Counted from the stretch's first letter, positions 1 through 11,142 are shown. The stretch: DNA of 64,000 nucleotides from Candidatus Aenigmatarchaeota archaeon (GCA_030018415.1 JASEGC010000001.1:323067-387066); one strand, 5' to 3'. Notes: generated from the letters alone by a model not told the origin. Program-made: numbers and translations.

Positions 1-227
1 TTATCAAAACTAAAAAGGATGAAATTATAAAGAAGTTTAGACCGAATCCAATCACTTTTAACAAAATACCTAACAAACCAATTATTACAAAAGAAAGAAA
101 AAAAGAGATAGAAATCGTCTCTAAAAAGCTTCTTTTTATTCTTAGAAGAATTGTCAAGAATAGGCCAGGAACAATGAAAATAAAGGGGATCAAGATCAAT
201 GTAACAATATAATTTGCAATCATCTCA

Positions 228-1319
228 TCAACTTTCTATCAGTTTGATGTATTTTTCAGCAATTTTAGACCAGTCTAACTCCTTTTCAGCAAATCCCCCC
301 CCATTTTTCCCAAGAATTTTTCTTTTTTTAATATTTTCTGCTAAGTCTAACATTTTTTCGGTTAAATCTCTTTCATTCCCAGGCTCAAAAAGCAAACCAC
401 TATTGCTTTTTTTCACAACTTCACTCAAACCGCCCACATTTGATGCAATAATTGGTCTACCACAAGCCATAGCTTCTGCAATGACAATCGCAAAAGCTTC
501 TGAGTATTCTGAAGGAATTACTACTATATCTGAAGCTCTATAAATTTTTGGTAATTTTTTATGCTCCTTTTTACCGAGAAGCTTTACATTTGTAATTTTT
601 TCTGAACTAATAAGAGTTTTAATTTTCCTCTCCTCAGGCCCACTTCCGATAATCCATAACTCAAATCTCTCTGGGTTCAAATTTCTCATAGCTGCTAGTA
701 ATGTGTATACACCTTTCTTTTTCAGGAGTCCGCCGACGTATAAGAAAAAAATTTTTTCTTTTTCTTTAATTTTTGAAGGATAAAACAGTTTGGTATTCAC
801 ACCATTATAGATAACTTCGCTATCCAAACCTACTGTTTTTTTAACCTCTTTTTTCACAAAGTTGCTTATTGATACTATTTTGTCTGATGAACCAAACAAC
901 AAAGGATAATATAAAGGTTTTGTAAGTTCTCTCGGTCTACTTTGAAAGCAAAAAATGCTTTTGAATTTTTTTATTTTCTTTAACAGAAAAATTGAGTAAA
1001 TATCTGACCATTGACATGAAATTATAACATCAAAATTGAAATTCATCAAAAATGGGAATGATGAGATAGAAAGCGATGCTGATTCGATTAATGAACTGAT
1101 TTCCTCAAATGGTCTTCGCCCATATATCAATGATTCTCTCTTTATTATTGGAAATTTCAATAAATTAACTTTTATTTTTTTTCTTGGAGTTAAATTTTGC
1201 CCACAAATTAAATATACATCAAACCCTTTCTTTACGAATTCTCTACTAATATTTTCTGCCCAAATCTCTATTCCTCTAAATATTCTTCCATAACCAGAGC
1301 AGGGTATTAAAATTCTCAT
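228..1319 (-). CDS. Glycosyltransferase family 4 (GT-B fold)
   Basis: 363-aa ORF; C-terminal region 'EYSEAFAIVIAEAMACGRPIIASNVGGLSEVV' matches the Glycos_transf_1/GT4 signature. Confidence 0.8.
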   Translation of the reverse strand: MRILIPCSGYGRIFRGIEIWAENISREFVKKGFDVYLICGQNLTPRKKIKVNLLKFPIIKRESLIYGRRPFEEISSLIESASLSISSFPFLMNFNFDVIISCQWSDIYSIFLLKKIKKFKSIFCFQSRPRELTKPLYYPLLFGSSDKIVSISNFVKKEVKKTVGLDSEVIYNGVNTKLFYPSKIKEKEKIFFLYVGGLLKKKGVYTLLAAMRNLNPERFELWIIGSGPEERKIKTLISSEKITNVKLLGKKEHKKLPKIYRASDIVVIPSEYSEAFAIVIAEAMACGRPIIASNVGGLSEVVKKSNSGLLFEPGNERDLTEKMLDLAENIKKRKILGKNGGGFAEKELDWSKIAEKYIKLIES

Positions 1320-1326
1320 AATATTC

Positions 1327-2253
1327 CTACTTTATAATTCTTACGATTAAAAGCTCTGTAGAAACCCTTAGGATTTCTAGGATAAAAATTTTAACATGTC
1401 TGTAGATGTTGTAGCAGAAGTTCTTGAGTTTAACTTCCTTGTTCCTGAATCTATCACTTCTACTGCACAGAACATCTCCGAACACTCGTTTTTCAACTGA
1501 TATTACTGTCTCTGCTATACTACGCCTATGGTACTTCTCTTCATCGAATTCTTCGAGCATGAGTCTTCTGTACCTTCCCTTAACTCTTTTTCTTTTCCTT
1601 TCTCTAATCGGTATCATACTCTCTGCTCTGCATTCTTTTCTTGCAACCTTATGATTCTTCTCAGCATCGAATCCTTTGTCCATGCTGTAACCTCTTGGTT
1701 TCACGGCTCTATGACTTTTTCTTATCATAGAGACAGAATCCCTGTTGTCGTTCTTAGGACCCTTTCTCGTCCTCTGAGCAACTATGACTTGTTTTTCAGT
1801 ATCGACTGCTACTGAATTCTTCGTATAACCCTTTCTCTTCCTCTTCTTCTGTTTCTTGAGCTTCTTCGCGTAGTAAGCGCTCGCATGACTAGAGCTGTGT
1901 CCCGTACTGTCAATCGCTACCCAAGGATCTTTTATGTCGAATAGCTTTATACTCTCGTTGAAGATTCTGTCGAAGATGGATTAGCCAAGCCTCGCAAAGA
2001 ATTTCTGAATGGCTGAGAAATGTGGTATCCTCTTTAACTTCAAGATCTTTCTAACCTCGGACATCAACTCGAGGAGTTCAACAATTTCCCTGTACTTCAG
2101 CCTGAGCCTCTTCTTTATGCTGAGTATGCTTAGATGTTGATACTGAGTGTAGATGTGGTTCGAGAACTTGCATGAGTATGGAGGCAAAGACTTCTTGGCG
2201 ACTTTGATAACGGTCTTGACAAACTTTATAAGCTCATTTGACTTATTTTTCAT
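1327..2253 (-). pseudogene. DDE transposase (IS4/IS5-superfamily-like) interrupted by a single in-frame stop
   Basis: ORFs 1981-2253 and 1327-1728 share one frame. My translation of 1729-1980 in that frame is open and reads 'DPWVAIDSTGHSSSHASAYYAKK...KGYTKNSVAVDTEKQVIVAQ' (DDE-like core). The only interruption is the TAA at 1981-1983. N-terminal HTH-like 'HFSAIQKFFARL' and C-terminal '...EKRVFGDVLCSRSDRF' resemble IS5-type transposases. Confidence 0.55.
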
Positions 2254-2352
2254 AGGGGTTACACCTCGTTCCTTGTAAAAGGACGAACACCCCCAACTCC
2301 AATTAAAGATTAGTTATTGCAGAATTAAAGGGTTTCTACAAAGCTCGATTAA

Positions 2353-2814
2353 ATGATATTTATGAAAGTATGTATAACTTGTAGTGCTGGAGGTCATTTA
2401 ATAGAATCCTTTAGGTTATTGCCAACAGTAAAAAAATATGATTTTTTCTATTTCACCTTTTTTGTGAAACATTTAAAAAAAACACTGAAAAAATATAGAG
2501 TTTATTTTACCATAAATCCAAAAAGAGGCCCGATAAAATTTCTAAAAGTAATATTCGATTCGATAAAGGTCTTGTTAAAGGAAAAACCAAACGTTATAAT
2601 ATCAACGGGTGCTGGTGTTACAGTACCTCTATGTCTGCTAGGTAAATTTTTCTTTAGGACAAAGTTGATTTATGTCGAGTGCTCTGCACAAGTTTATAAA
2701 CCATCTTATGCAGGTAGAGTGCTTTATTGGTTTGCAGACATGTTTTTTGTTCAATGGCCTTTTTTAGCTAAAGTATATGGAAAGAAAGCAGTGTATGGTG
2801 GATTATTAATATGA
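2353..2814 (+). CDS. Alg14-like glycosyltransferase accessory subunit (membrane-anchoring half of a bipartite GT28-type enzyme)
   Basis: 153 aa; 'CSAGGHLIE' GGH motif and size typical of the Alg14/Cps14F/EpsF family; overlaps the next gene by 4 nt. Confidence 0.6.
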   Translation: MIFMKVCITCSAGGHLIESFRLLPTVKKYDFFYFTFFVKHLKKTLKKYRVYFTINPKRGPIKFLKVIFDSIKVLLKEKPNVIISTGAGVTVPLCLLGKFFFRTKLIYVECSAQVYKPSYAGRVLYWFADMFFVQWPFLAKVYGKKAVYGGLLI

Positions 2815-3305
2815 TACTGGTAACTTGTGGAACTCATGAACAACCATTTAATAGGCTTCTAAAAAAAGTTGACGAACTTGTTCGATTTAAAAAAATAGGG
2901 GAGAAAGTCATTGCACAGGTTGGTTATTCAACATATATACCAAAAAACATCGAGTATTTTAGATTTGCTGATTTTAATGAGATGGAGAAGTTATTTGGCT
3001 CTGCTAACTTGATAATAACACATGGCGGAATTGGTTCGGTTTTACTAGCTATAAGAAAAAGAAAGAAGGTGATAGTGGTGCCAAGACTGAAAAAATTCAA
3101 TGAGCATTCTGATGACCACCAGGTGCAGGTAGTTAAGGAGCTGGAACGTCAAGACCTGATACTTGCAGTGTATGATATAGATAATTTGTATGATTCTATT
3201 GTTAAATCAAAAAAATTTTCATTACCAAAAAAATCCTTCGAGCAAAATATTATAGTTAATAAAATCAGGGAAGAATTGAATCGATGGGAGAAAATCAAAT
3301 GGTAA
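2811..3305 (+). CDS. Alg13-like glycosyltransferase catalytic subunit (Glyco_tran_28_C)
   Basis: 164 aa; 'ITHGGIGSVLLAI' motif; translationally coupled to the upstream Alg14-like gene. Confidence 0.65.
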   Translation: MILVTCGTHEQPFNRLLKKVDELVRFKKIGEKVIAQVGYSTYIPKNIEYFRFADFNEMEKLFGSANLIITHGGIGSVLLAIRKRKKVIVVPRLKKFNEHSDDHQVQVVKELERQDLILAVYDIDNLYDSIVKSKKFSLPKKSFEQNIIVNKIREELNRWEKIKW

Positions 3306-4018
3306 GCGACAAGACAAGAGTAAAATTAGCAAAGCTACTGAATGTAGTACCAGCTTGGGGTTCTGCAATTGAGAGGAAGTACATAGTGTTTGATCTGTTG
3401 AACAAGAAAAAGAAGATGATTTTGGATATTGGCTGTGGGTGGGGAGATGTATCTAGGTTTCTATCAAGATTTGGTAAAAAAGCTGTTGCGGTCGACATAA
3501 TTAAAGAGAAAATCAAAACAGGAGACAATTTTTTCCATGTCCTAGCGAGTGCTGAACAATTGCCATTTAAGGATGGTTCATTTGACCAGATCTTATGCAT
3601 GGATGTGATAGAACACCTGAAAAACGACAGCATTGCAGCCTCTGAAATGGCACGAGTTCTAATAAAAAATGGCGAGGCAATAATTACAACACCATCAAAT
3701 TTTTGGAAATACCCTTATTGGGGATTTATGAGATATTTCACAACAGACGAGAAGACTTTCATCAAGCAGGCAGCGCATGTCAAGAAGGGCTACAGTTTGG
3801 AAGAGTTGAAAAGCCTGTTTAAAGGTTTTGAAGTCAAAGATTGTAAATTTTATATAAACAATGGATTTTCGGCATTTGCTTGTGACATAGAATTTTCTTA
3901 CCTCAGGGTATTGGAGAACCTAATGCTTAAGGCAATGGGACTATTTCTACTTCTTAATTTCAAATTGTCCTCAAAGGGCAGAGGAACTCATATAGGAGTC
4001 AATTTTGTTAAAAAATAA
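3284..4018 (+). CDS. Class I SAM-dependent methyltransferase
   Basis: 'LDIGCGWGDVSRFL' motif I and 'ILCMDVIEHL' motif; true start probably at the internal Met near 3299. Confidence 0.75.
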   Translation: MGENQMVSDKTRVKLAKLLNVVPAWGSAIERKYIVFDLLNKKKKMILDIGCGWGDVSRFLSRFGKKAVAVDIIKEKIKTGDNFFHVLASAEQLPFKDGSFDQILCMDVIEHLKNDSIAASEMARVLIKNGEAIITTPSNFWKYPYWGFMRYFTTDEKTFIKQAAHVKKGYSLEELKSLFKGFEVKDCKFYINNGFSAFACDIEFSYLRVLENLMLKAMGLFLLLNFKLSSKGRGTHIGVNFVKK

Positions 4019-4019
4019 T

Positions 4020-5003
4020 TCAAAATCTTTTAAAATACGGAGGATTTACCATAAACCTTCTTATCTGCAATTCTGTTACCTTCCTTCCCCTTTGTACCTT
4101 TTTTCTTAATTTTAATACTCTTGGCAAATCCTTCATAGCGTCTTTTATTGCTTTTAGATTGACCAATGAACCTCTTGCAAGACCTCTTAAAATTGATAGC
4201 ACATTCCAAGTGATAATAAATGGCGAATAGAGTATTAAAGAACTTAGAGAAAAATTTTTAATTATCATCCAAAGCCAATTTCTGTGTGCATAGTAAGCTC
4301 CCCTTTCTGAATACTTTCCCATAGTTGTGCCAACTTCATGTTGAACTGTAACAGGAACATAAACGGATTTCCACCCCCTTAATCTCATCCTCCATCCCAA
4401 ATCAGCATCTTCATTGTAAATAAAAAATTCTGAATCTAACAAACCAACATCTTCTAATGTTTTTTTTCTGTACATACAGGCAACATTGTTCACTGCAAAA
4501 ACTTCTTCAACTTTATCATATTGGCCAATGTCTTTTTCTTTCCAACCTCGGTATCTCACTAGACCATCTTTAGAAGCTATAGTACCAGCAGCGTTGATTA
4601 TCTTTGGATTACGCATAAACACAAGTTTTGGACCAATAGCACCGATTTTTTCATCAGATTCAGCTATTTTTACCATTTCCATTAACCAATTTTTATTTGG
4701 TTTTGTGTCATTTGCTAAATTGCAGATGTACTTACCTTTAGCTACTCTCATTCCAACGTTGTTACCTTCTGCACAACCAAGATTTCTTCCATTTTCTATA
4801 ATTTTTACTTCTGGATAGTTCTTTTTTACAAATTTTACTGAGTTATCTGTAGAACCATTATCGGAAAGAATAACTTCAAAACTTGGATAGGTTTGATTAA
4901 AAACAGCATCTAAACAACGCTTAATAATTTTTTTACCATTCCAATTAAGAACTACTACAGAAACTAAAGGATGCTTACTTTTTAACTTAATATTATTCAC
5001 CAA
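4020..5003 (-). CDS. Glycosyltransferase family 2
   Basis: 'VSVVVLNWNGKKIIKRCLDAVFNQTYPSFEVILSDNGSTDNS' GT2 N-terminal signature. Confidence 0.8.
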   Translation of the reverse strand: MVNNIKLKSKHPLVSVVVLNWNGKKIIKRCLDAVFNQTYPSFEVILSDNGSTDNSVKFVKKNYPEVKIIENGRNLGCAEGNNVGMRVAKGKYICNLANDTKPNKNWLMEMVKIAESDEKIGAIGPKLVFMRNPKIINAAGTIASKDGLVRYRGWKEKDIGQYDKVEEVFAVNNVACMYRKKTLEDVGLLDSEFFIYNEDADLGWRMRLRGWKSVYVPVTVQHEVGTTMGKYSERGAYYAHRNWLWMIIKNFSLSSLILYSPFIITWNVLSILRGLARGSLVNLKAIKDAMKDLPRVLKLRKKVQRGRKVTELQIRRFMVNPPYFKRF

Positions 5004-5107
5004 TAAACTAACTATTATTTAGGTTTAATAACGGATATAATTATAGAAAAATGGAGATAGACAACCGAACCTAGAGATAAACAACTAATAGAGAACTTCT
5101 TTATTTT

Positions 5108-6790
5108 TTAGTGAGTAGTGTTTAATACAATAAAAGTTCCAATCTTGAAATTTGGGTATTTTTCAATGGCATAATTCAATTGGTTTGGCAAACCAGCTAA
5201 AATATACTCGTCTATTATGGCATATCTAACATTGTATTTCAAAATGGTATCTTCAAAGGCAGTAAAGTTTTTTACTATCATATGATGTCTACTCACACTA
5301 AAAAACGGTTGGTTAGAATAAATCGCAACATCTGGTGGGGAGATGATTGTTTCATCTGGGCTAACATTATTTTTGACGAATTTAACTGTTTCTTCCAAGC
5401 CATATGATCCGTAATCGTATATCGTATCAAAAGTAGCTAAGATATGAATGCCGTTGATGTAAATGGAAGTTGCTAACAGAAGTACAACTACATAAAAAGC
5501 CAAATGATTCTGATACTTCTTATTGAAAATAAATGACAAAAGTATAACCGGTGCGAAATAAATCGCGCTAACTAATGCGACATCTCCTAAATTGTAACCC
5601 AGTCTAGGTGTTATAGTAAATGGGTCTTTTAGGAGTGATGTATAGTAAATTATCAGAAGAAACAAAATCACAACACCAAGTAAACATTGCTTTAGTTTGA
5701 TAGGTCGAATTACACCAGATACCCAATAAGCTATTAAAATGGAAAATGGGGCTAGGAGTACGTAATGGTATCTAGGGTAACCGTACGGAGCTGATGGCAA
5801 GATAATTGTATATAGAATTAAAACAAGTAGCCCATAAATTAACAAAAAATAACATTCATCTCTCTTATGTTTTGAAAACAATTTAAAAAAGAAAAATAAA
5901 CTAGTAGTGTGTATTAACACAAAAAATGCTGGAGAGAGTCTAAATGATAAAATTTGCAATATATTCAGAATGTATAATGGTTTCAAAAAGAATGTGGACG
6001 ATACAGAAGCTTGCCACTTAAAGATACAATTAAAATCAAGGTTATACACTGTTGTAGCAACGTACCATATAGAAAGCATTATAAAAATTCCAATCAACGC
6101 TATCACTATCGAATATACAATACCAAGCTTGAATTTTCCTTTTAGAATGTAATATGATAAAACTACAGGTGGCAAAAGTATGGGTGTGGTTTCTTTTACA
6201 AGGAGGCTCAATCCGAACATTAAACCAAGACCCAACAAGTATTTATTTTTTAATCTAAGATCTTTTGACTTTTTTACAATCCAAATAAATAAAAACACGA
6301 AAGAGAGGAGTACAAAATTAAGTACGGTGTTATCATTTTCTATAAGTAATGAACCACTTACAGCAAATGGGGTAATTGTATAGAAGAATATACTAAGATA
6401 CGCAAGTGCCATATTCCTTTTTCCAAACAGCTCTTTTGTTATGAGATATACTAATACAAGAGAAAATATGTTAAATAAAAATGCGAATGACCTTATAGAA
6501 ATAAACGATAGACCAAAAATACGTGTATAAGCTGTTAATAACAAAAGCCATGTTGGTATATGCCATATTGGATAGCATTCTTTTAGGTTGAAATCTTCTC
6601 CACCTCGATATATATCAAGATATAATATACCCTTATTTAACCCATCCACAACTTTCATAAAAATAGCTTCATCTTTTACAGGTGGTTTATTAAGACCACT
6701 TATAACAAAAATCAAATATAGTACAACTGATATATATGCAAGAAGCTTTGACAAAATTTGCCATGGTATTTTCTTTGTCTTCATTTTCAT
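5108..6790 (-). CDS. Polytopic membrane protein, putative GT-C fold glycosyltransferase (ArnT/PMT-like)
   Basis: 560 aa, more than 10 hydrophobic segments; sits in the glycosylation cluster; family assignment tentative. Confidence 0.4.
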   Translation of the reverse strand: MKMKTKKIPWQILSKLLAYISVVLYLIFVISGLNKPPVKDEAIFMKVVDGLNKGILYLDIYRGGEDFNLKECYPIWHIPTWLLLLTAYTRIFGLSFISIRSFAFLFNIFSLVLVYLITKELFGKRNMALAYLSIFFYTITPFAVSGSLLIENDNTVLNFVLLSFVFLFIWIVKKSKDLRLKNKYLLGLGLMFGLSLLVKETTPILLPPVVLSYYILKGKFKLGIVYSIVIALIGIFIMLSIWYVATTVYNLDFNCIFKWQASVSSTFFLKPLYILNILQILSFRLSPAFFVLIHTTSLFFFFKLFSKHKRDECYFLLIYGLLVLILYTIILPSAPYGYPRYHYVLLAPFSILIAYWVSGVIRPIKLKQCLLGVVILFLLIIYYTSLLKDPFTITPRLGYNLGDVALVSAIYFAPVILLSFIFNKKYQNHLAFYVVVLLLATSIYINGIHILATFDTIYDYGSYGLEETVKFVKNNVSPDETIISPPDVAIYSNQPFFSVSRHHMIVKNFTAFEDTILKYNVRYAIIDEYILAGLPNQLNYAIEKYPNFKIGTFIVLNTTH

Positions 6791-6804
6791 GACATCCTAA
6801 GTAA

Positions 6805-7959
6805 CTAACTACTTAGACAAGTTTCGTACAATTCTATATACTTCTTAACTATAATCCCTAGATCGAACTTTTTTGATACAAGTTTCCAACAATTTTTTGT
6901 CATTTTCTTTCGCAATGACGAATCTTCGTATAATGTTTTCATGGCACTTGTCATTTCACTTATATCAGGATTTACTAGTAGGGCGACACTATTATCAACG
7001 AGATATTTCATCTCTCCATTGTTTGTACTTATTATAGGAGTTCCACATGCCAAAGATTCCATAATAGATATGCTTATACTAGGTTCATAGGCAAAATAAT
7101 GCAATGTGGCGTCAGAACTTCTATAGTAGTTAATTAGTTCGCTTCTTTTCACAGCACCTGCTAAAATTACATTATTTTGAATGTCTAGTTTTTTGATTAA
7201 TTTTCTTAGAACTACTTCACCACCACCAAAACCAACAATTATATATTTTGCATTGTTTGCGTACTTAAGAAATTTTTCAAAAGCTAGTATAGAGTTAATT
7301 AACCCCAAAGTATTAGACTTAGAAAATATTTTAACTGATAAAAAAAGGAAATCATTTTTTTCGATGTTAAATAGGGGCCTTATATTTTTAATTTTTTTAA
7401 AAGGGTTCATAGCTTCAGTATCAATACCACTAGGAATTATTTTGATTTTTTCATGATTAATTTCCCATTTGTAAAAGTAGTTTTTAGCTAGATGTGTACT
7501 CCATGAAACTAAGTAATCATAATTTAAATGTTCGATGAAAAATTTTTCTAGTCCGAAATGAATTTTAGAGTGCATGGTGAGACGATTGGGCAAAACCTCA
7601 TTAACTAGTACATATGGCGTTTTAAATTTTCTTTTACACTTCTCTGCGAAAATTCCTTCGAAAGTGTGTTGAGAATGAATTATATCAACATCTTTAATTA
7701 GGGATTCCTTGTTTAGAAGACGAATTGCAAATTCATAATTTGTAATTGGCATATTAGTTTTACAATTTACTCTATATACCTCTGCTCTACCAAATCTACT
7801 TTTTAATTGCTCATTTGAAATACCAACGGTTATGACTTTTATTTCGTCTATTGATTTTTCTTTTTCTAAATTTTTTATAAAAGCACCAGCATACACACTA
7901 CTTCCAGCTTCAGTTTTACTACTTCTAGTAAAAGACAAGCTTAAAAAACCAAGCCTCAT
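6805..7959 (-). CDS. Glycosyltransferase family 4
   Basis: 384 aa; C-terminal 'ESLACGTPIISTNNGEMKYLV' Glycos_transf_1 motif. Confidence 0.75.
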   Translation of the reverse strand: MRLGFLSLSFTRSSKTEAGSSVYAGAFIKNLEKEKSIDEIKVITVGISNEQLKSRFGRAEVYRVNCKTNMPITNYEFAIRLLNKESLIKDVDIIHSQHTFEGIFAEKCKRKFKTPYVLVNEVLPNRLTMHSKIHFGLEKFFIEHLNYDYLVSWSTHLAKNYFYKWEINHEKIKIIPSGIDTEAMNPFKKIKNIRPLFNIEKNDFLFLSVKIFSKSNTLGLINSILAFEKFLKYANNAKYIIVGFGGGEVVLRKLIKKLDIQNNVILAGAVKRSELINYYRSSDATLHYFAYEPSISISIMESLACGTPIISTNNGEMKYLVDNSVALLVNPDISEMTSAMKTLYEDSSLRKKMTKNCWKLVSKKFDLGIIVKKYIELYETCLSS

Positions 7960-8006
7960 AATTCTCTATTAAAAGGTTTATAGATAAAATTATAAATGAT
8001 GGTTAA

Positions 8007-8969
8007 ATGACCATACTCCTAACAGGTGGAGCAGGATTTATAGGCAGCCACTTAGCAGACAAATTGCTTGAATTAGGGTACAAGGTTTGTGTTATTGATA
8101 ATTTTGATCCATATTACGAACGAAGAATAAAAGAACACAATATCAAACACAATTTTGGAAATGAAAAATATATTTTCATTGAAGGTGATATAAGGGATAC
8201 AAATCTAGTTAAAGAAACTATAAAAAAGCATGAAATCGATAGAATTTTTCATATAGCAGCAAGGGCCGGTGTTAGATTTTCTGTCGAAGACCCGTACTCT
8301 TATCACAATATTAATGTTAATGGAACATTGAGTTTATTAAAGGCTTCTCTTGAAAGTAGGATAAAACGGATAGTTTTTTCTTCTAGCTCCTCTGTTTATG
8401 GAATTAAAGAATATTTACCCGTAGACGAAAATCATCCCACTAAACCAATATCACCTTACGGAGCAAGTAAAGTAGCATGTGAGGCATTTTGTAATTCTTT
8501 TATGCATGTTTTTGGTTTACCAATAGTTATTCTTCGATATTTTACAGTTTATGGACCTAGACAAAGGCCAGACATGGCAATTCATAAGTTTTTCAGACTA
8601 GCTTTTGAAGGAAAACCAATTCAGATATATGGGGATGGAAATCAGACGAGAGATTTTACTTTTGTTTCAGATATAATAAATGGAACAATTAAAGCAATGG
8701 AAAGTAATGTTGTTGGTACTTTTAATCTCGGAAGTGGCAAAAGAATTAGTATGAATGATTTGGTTAAAATAATCGAAGACGTTACAGGTAAGGAAATAAA
8801 AAAAGAGTACTTAGAAAGGCAGAAGGGAGATGTTCCTGATACTTGGGCTGATATTAGAAAAGCCAAAAGAGCATTTGGTTACCATCCCAGGGTAGAAATT
8901 AGAGACGGTATTAAAATATTTTATAGATGGTTTGAGGAAAATGTTGTCAGTAGTAATTCCAGCTTATAA
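8007..8969 (+). CDS. NAD-dependent nucleotide-sugar epimerase/dehydratase (SDR family)
   Basis: 'LLTGGAGFIGSHLADKLL' Rossmann motif; 'YGASKVACE' YxxxK catalytic motif. Confidence 0.85.
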   Translation: MTILLTGGAGFIGSHLADKLLELGYKVCVIDNFDPYYERRIKEHNIKHNFGNEKYIFIEGDIRDTNLVKETIKKHEIDRIFHIAARAGVRFSVEDPYSYHNINVNGTLSLLKASLESRIKRIVFSSSSSVYGIKEYLPVDENHPTKPISPYGASKVACEAFCNSFMHVFGLPIVILRYFTVYGPRQRPDMAIHKFFRLAFEGKPIQIYGDGNQTRDFTFVSDIINGTIKAMESNVVGTFNLGSGKRISMNDLVKIIEDVTGKEIKKEYLERQKGDVPDTWADIRKAKRAFGYHPRVEIRDGIKIFYRWFEENVVSSNSSL

Positions 8970-9870
8970 TGAAGAAGAAAATATTAAACTACTTTACGGT
9001 AAGCTAAAACAAGTGCTGGATAAATTAAAACAGAAGTACGAGATTATTTTTGTTGATGACGGAAGTGAAGATAAAACCTTTTCTGTTCTTAGTAAGTTAG
9101 CCAAATTAGATAGGAAATTAAGAATAATCAGATTTAAAAGAAATTTTGGTCAAAGTGCAGCCATATCCGCTGGATTTCAACATGCCAAAGGAAATATTAT
9201 TATAACTCTTGATGCTGATTTACAAAACGATCCTTCAGATATACCAAAATTACTTGAAAATTTAAGTAAAGGATATGATATTGTTTGTGGTTGGAGGAAA
9301 AAAAGAAAAGACCCATTTTTCACAAAAAAACTCCCATCAACATTTTCAAATTGGGTTGCCTCTAAATTAACGGGACTTAAAATTCATGATTTTGGTTGCA
9401 CATTAAGAGCATATAAAAAAGAAGTGGTAAAAGATATGGATGTTTATGGAGAAATGCACAGGTATATTCCAGCATTAGCTAGGTTAGATGGTTATTCTGT
9501 AACAGAGGTTGAGGTAAAACATCATTCAAGAAAGCGAGGAAAAACAAAATATAACATATTCAGAATTTTTAAAGGTTTGTCGGATTTAGTTACTTTAGTT
9601 TTTATTGAAAAATTTGGAACTAGACCGGGGCATATTTTTATCAGTGCTGGAGTACTATCAGGTTTTGTTGGTTTTCTTATTTTATCAGGTCTAATAATTC
9701 ATCAAAAAATTTATAATGTACCAACAATTGTAAGACCATTGCTTTATATTTCGATTATTATGATGTTTGGTGGTGTTCAGTTTGTGACTTTTGGTATTTT
9801 GAGCGAAATGATCACAAAGCTTAGATATGAAATAAAAGGCAAATTTTATAAAATTAAAGAAATTATATAA
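8932..9870 (+). CDS. GT2 polyprenyl-phosphate glycosyltransferase (DPM1/GtrB/ArnC-like) with C-terminal TM helices
   Basis: 'VVIPAYNEEENI...DDGSEDKT...DADLQNDPSDIPKLL' plus two C-terminal hydrophobic helices. Confidence 0.75.
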   Translation: MRKMLSVVIPAYNEEENIKLLYGKLKQVLDKLKQKYEIIFVDDGSEDKTFSVLSKLAKLDRKLRIIRFKRNFGQSAAISAGFQHAKGNIIITLDADLQNDPSDIPKLLENLSKGYDIVCGWRKKRKDPFFTKKLPSTFSNWVASKLTGLKIHDFGCTLRAYKKEVVKDMDVYGEMHRYIPALARLDGYSVTEVEVKHHSRKRGKTKYNIFRIFKGLSDLVTLVFIEKFGTRPGHIFISAGVLSGFVGFLILSGLIIHQKIYNVPTIVRPLLYISIIMMFGGVQFVTFGILSEMITKLRYEIKGKFYKIKEII

Positions 9871-9930
9871 GTTTTGCACTTTTATAAAATTCTTCGTTTT
9901 CTGAGCCAAAATAATTATTGGTGATGAAAA

Positions 9931-11109
9931 ATGTTTGCAAATTTGTCTATAATACCATCTCTGGCTAAATTCAGGTCTCTATTCACAAAGCCAAGCTTTA
10001 AACATGCTGTCAAATACATACATGGGCTGATAGCAGGAGAGAGGAAAAGAAAGAATGTCAAATCGATAAACGACATGTTTCTTGATAGGAAGGATCAAAG
10101 CTCGATGAACAGGTTCTTGACAAAGTACAGATGGGATGAGAATGAGCTCAACCACCGCAGGCTTAGAACTTTTCTCATAAGAAAAAATGGTGGTGTGTTG
10201 ATCGTTGATGATTCTTTGATCGAAAAGAGCGGTAAAAGAATGGAGGGTGTTGGTTTTTTATTTGATCATTCGAAGCACAAGAACATACTCTGTCACAACA
10301 TCGTATTTACTCATTATGTCAATGGTAATGAACAGATGCCCATGCATCTCGAGCCTTATCTCAAGAAAGAAGTTGTTAAGGATTTGGGAAAGAAATTCAA
10401 AACAAAGATAGAAATCGCAATCGAGCTGCTCAAGAAAGGACTGAACTACATCAATCCATCGGTCATACTGTTTGATGCATGGTATTTAGCCAAAAAACTG
10501 GTCAAATCGCTGAAAAAACCGTGGATTTCAAGGGTTAAGACCAATAGACTTGTTTGGCAGAAAGACAGCTGGATGCCTGTAAAGAAATTGGTTAGAGCCA
10601 TAGCAATAGAAAAGTTCAGGCCGGTGGACATAAAGATCTCCGATAAGAAATATCGTTGGATAACATCACTTACTATCAAGCTAAAAGGTATTGACAAAGT
10701 CAAACTGGTTGTACTGAAAAAGAAAATCAATTCGGTCAAAGCAATCGTTCTAGCTACCAATCTAGAATGGTCTGTCCAATCGATAGTAAAAACTTATAAG
10801 AAGAGGTTCTGCATAGATGTATTTTATAGGGACTGTAAACAGTATCTCGGCTTAGGAGAGTATCAACTAAGGAAGATACAGGGGATAGTTAAACACCTAT
10901 TCCCAGTGTTCCTGGCATACTCTCTGCTAAAGAGTCTGAAACAGTCCCTATCAGGGTTTGTTAAATCAAAGCTCAGAACAATAGGTCAGCTCTGCAGAGT
11001 GCTCAAACAAAAGATATTGAGCTACTTTGTTGGTTGGACGATAGGCCTGTTCCATAAGGTTGGGTCTGTAGATAAGGTTATAAACATAGTCATAGAATGT
11101 TTAAACTAA
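9931..11109 (+). mobile_element. IS4/IS701-like DDE transposase gene, apparently intact
   Basis: 392 aa; 'VLIVDDSLIEKSGKRMEGVGFLFDHSK' DDE-region signature; inserted between a GT2 gene and a radical SAM gene; IS ends not resolved. Confidence 0.55.
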
Positions 11110-11142
11110 AAAGTACAAAAGTTATAGAAATTATAGATTAGT

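Noticed and set aside
214-543. 109-aa plus-strand ORF, and many similar short ORFs (for example 1036-1293, 4486-4818, 5907-6152, 7181-7456, 10446-10760, 19210-19476, 23849-24118, 34280-35161, 55454-56089)
   Set aside because: All are embedded in or antisense to longer ORFs with clear domain signatures; compositions are low-complexity; treated as spurious
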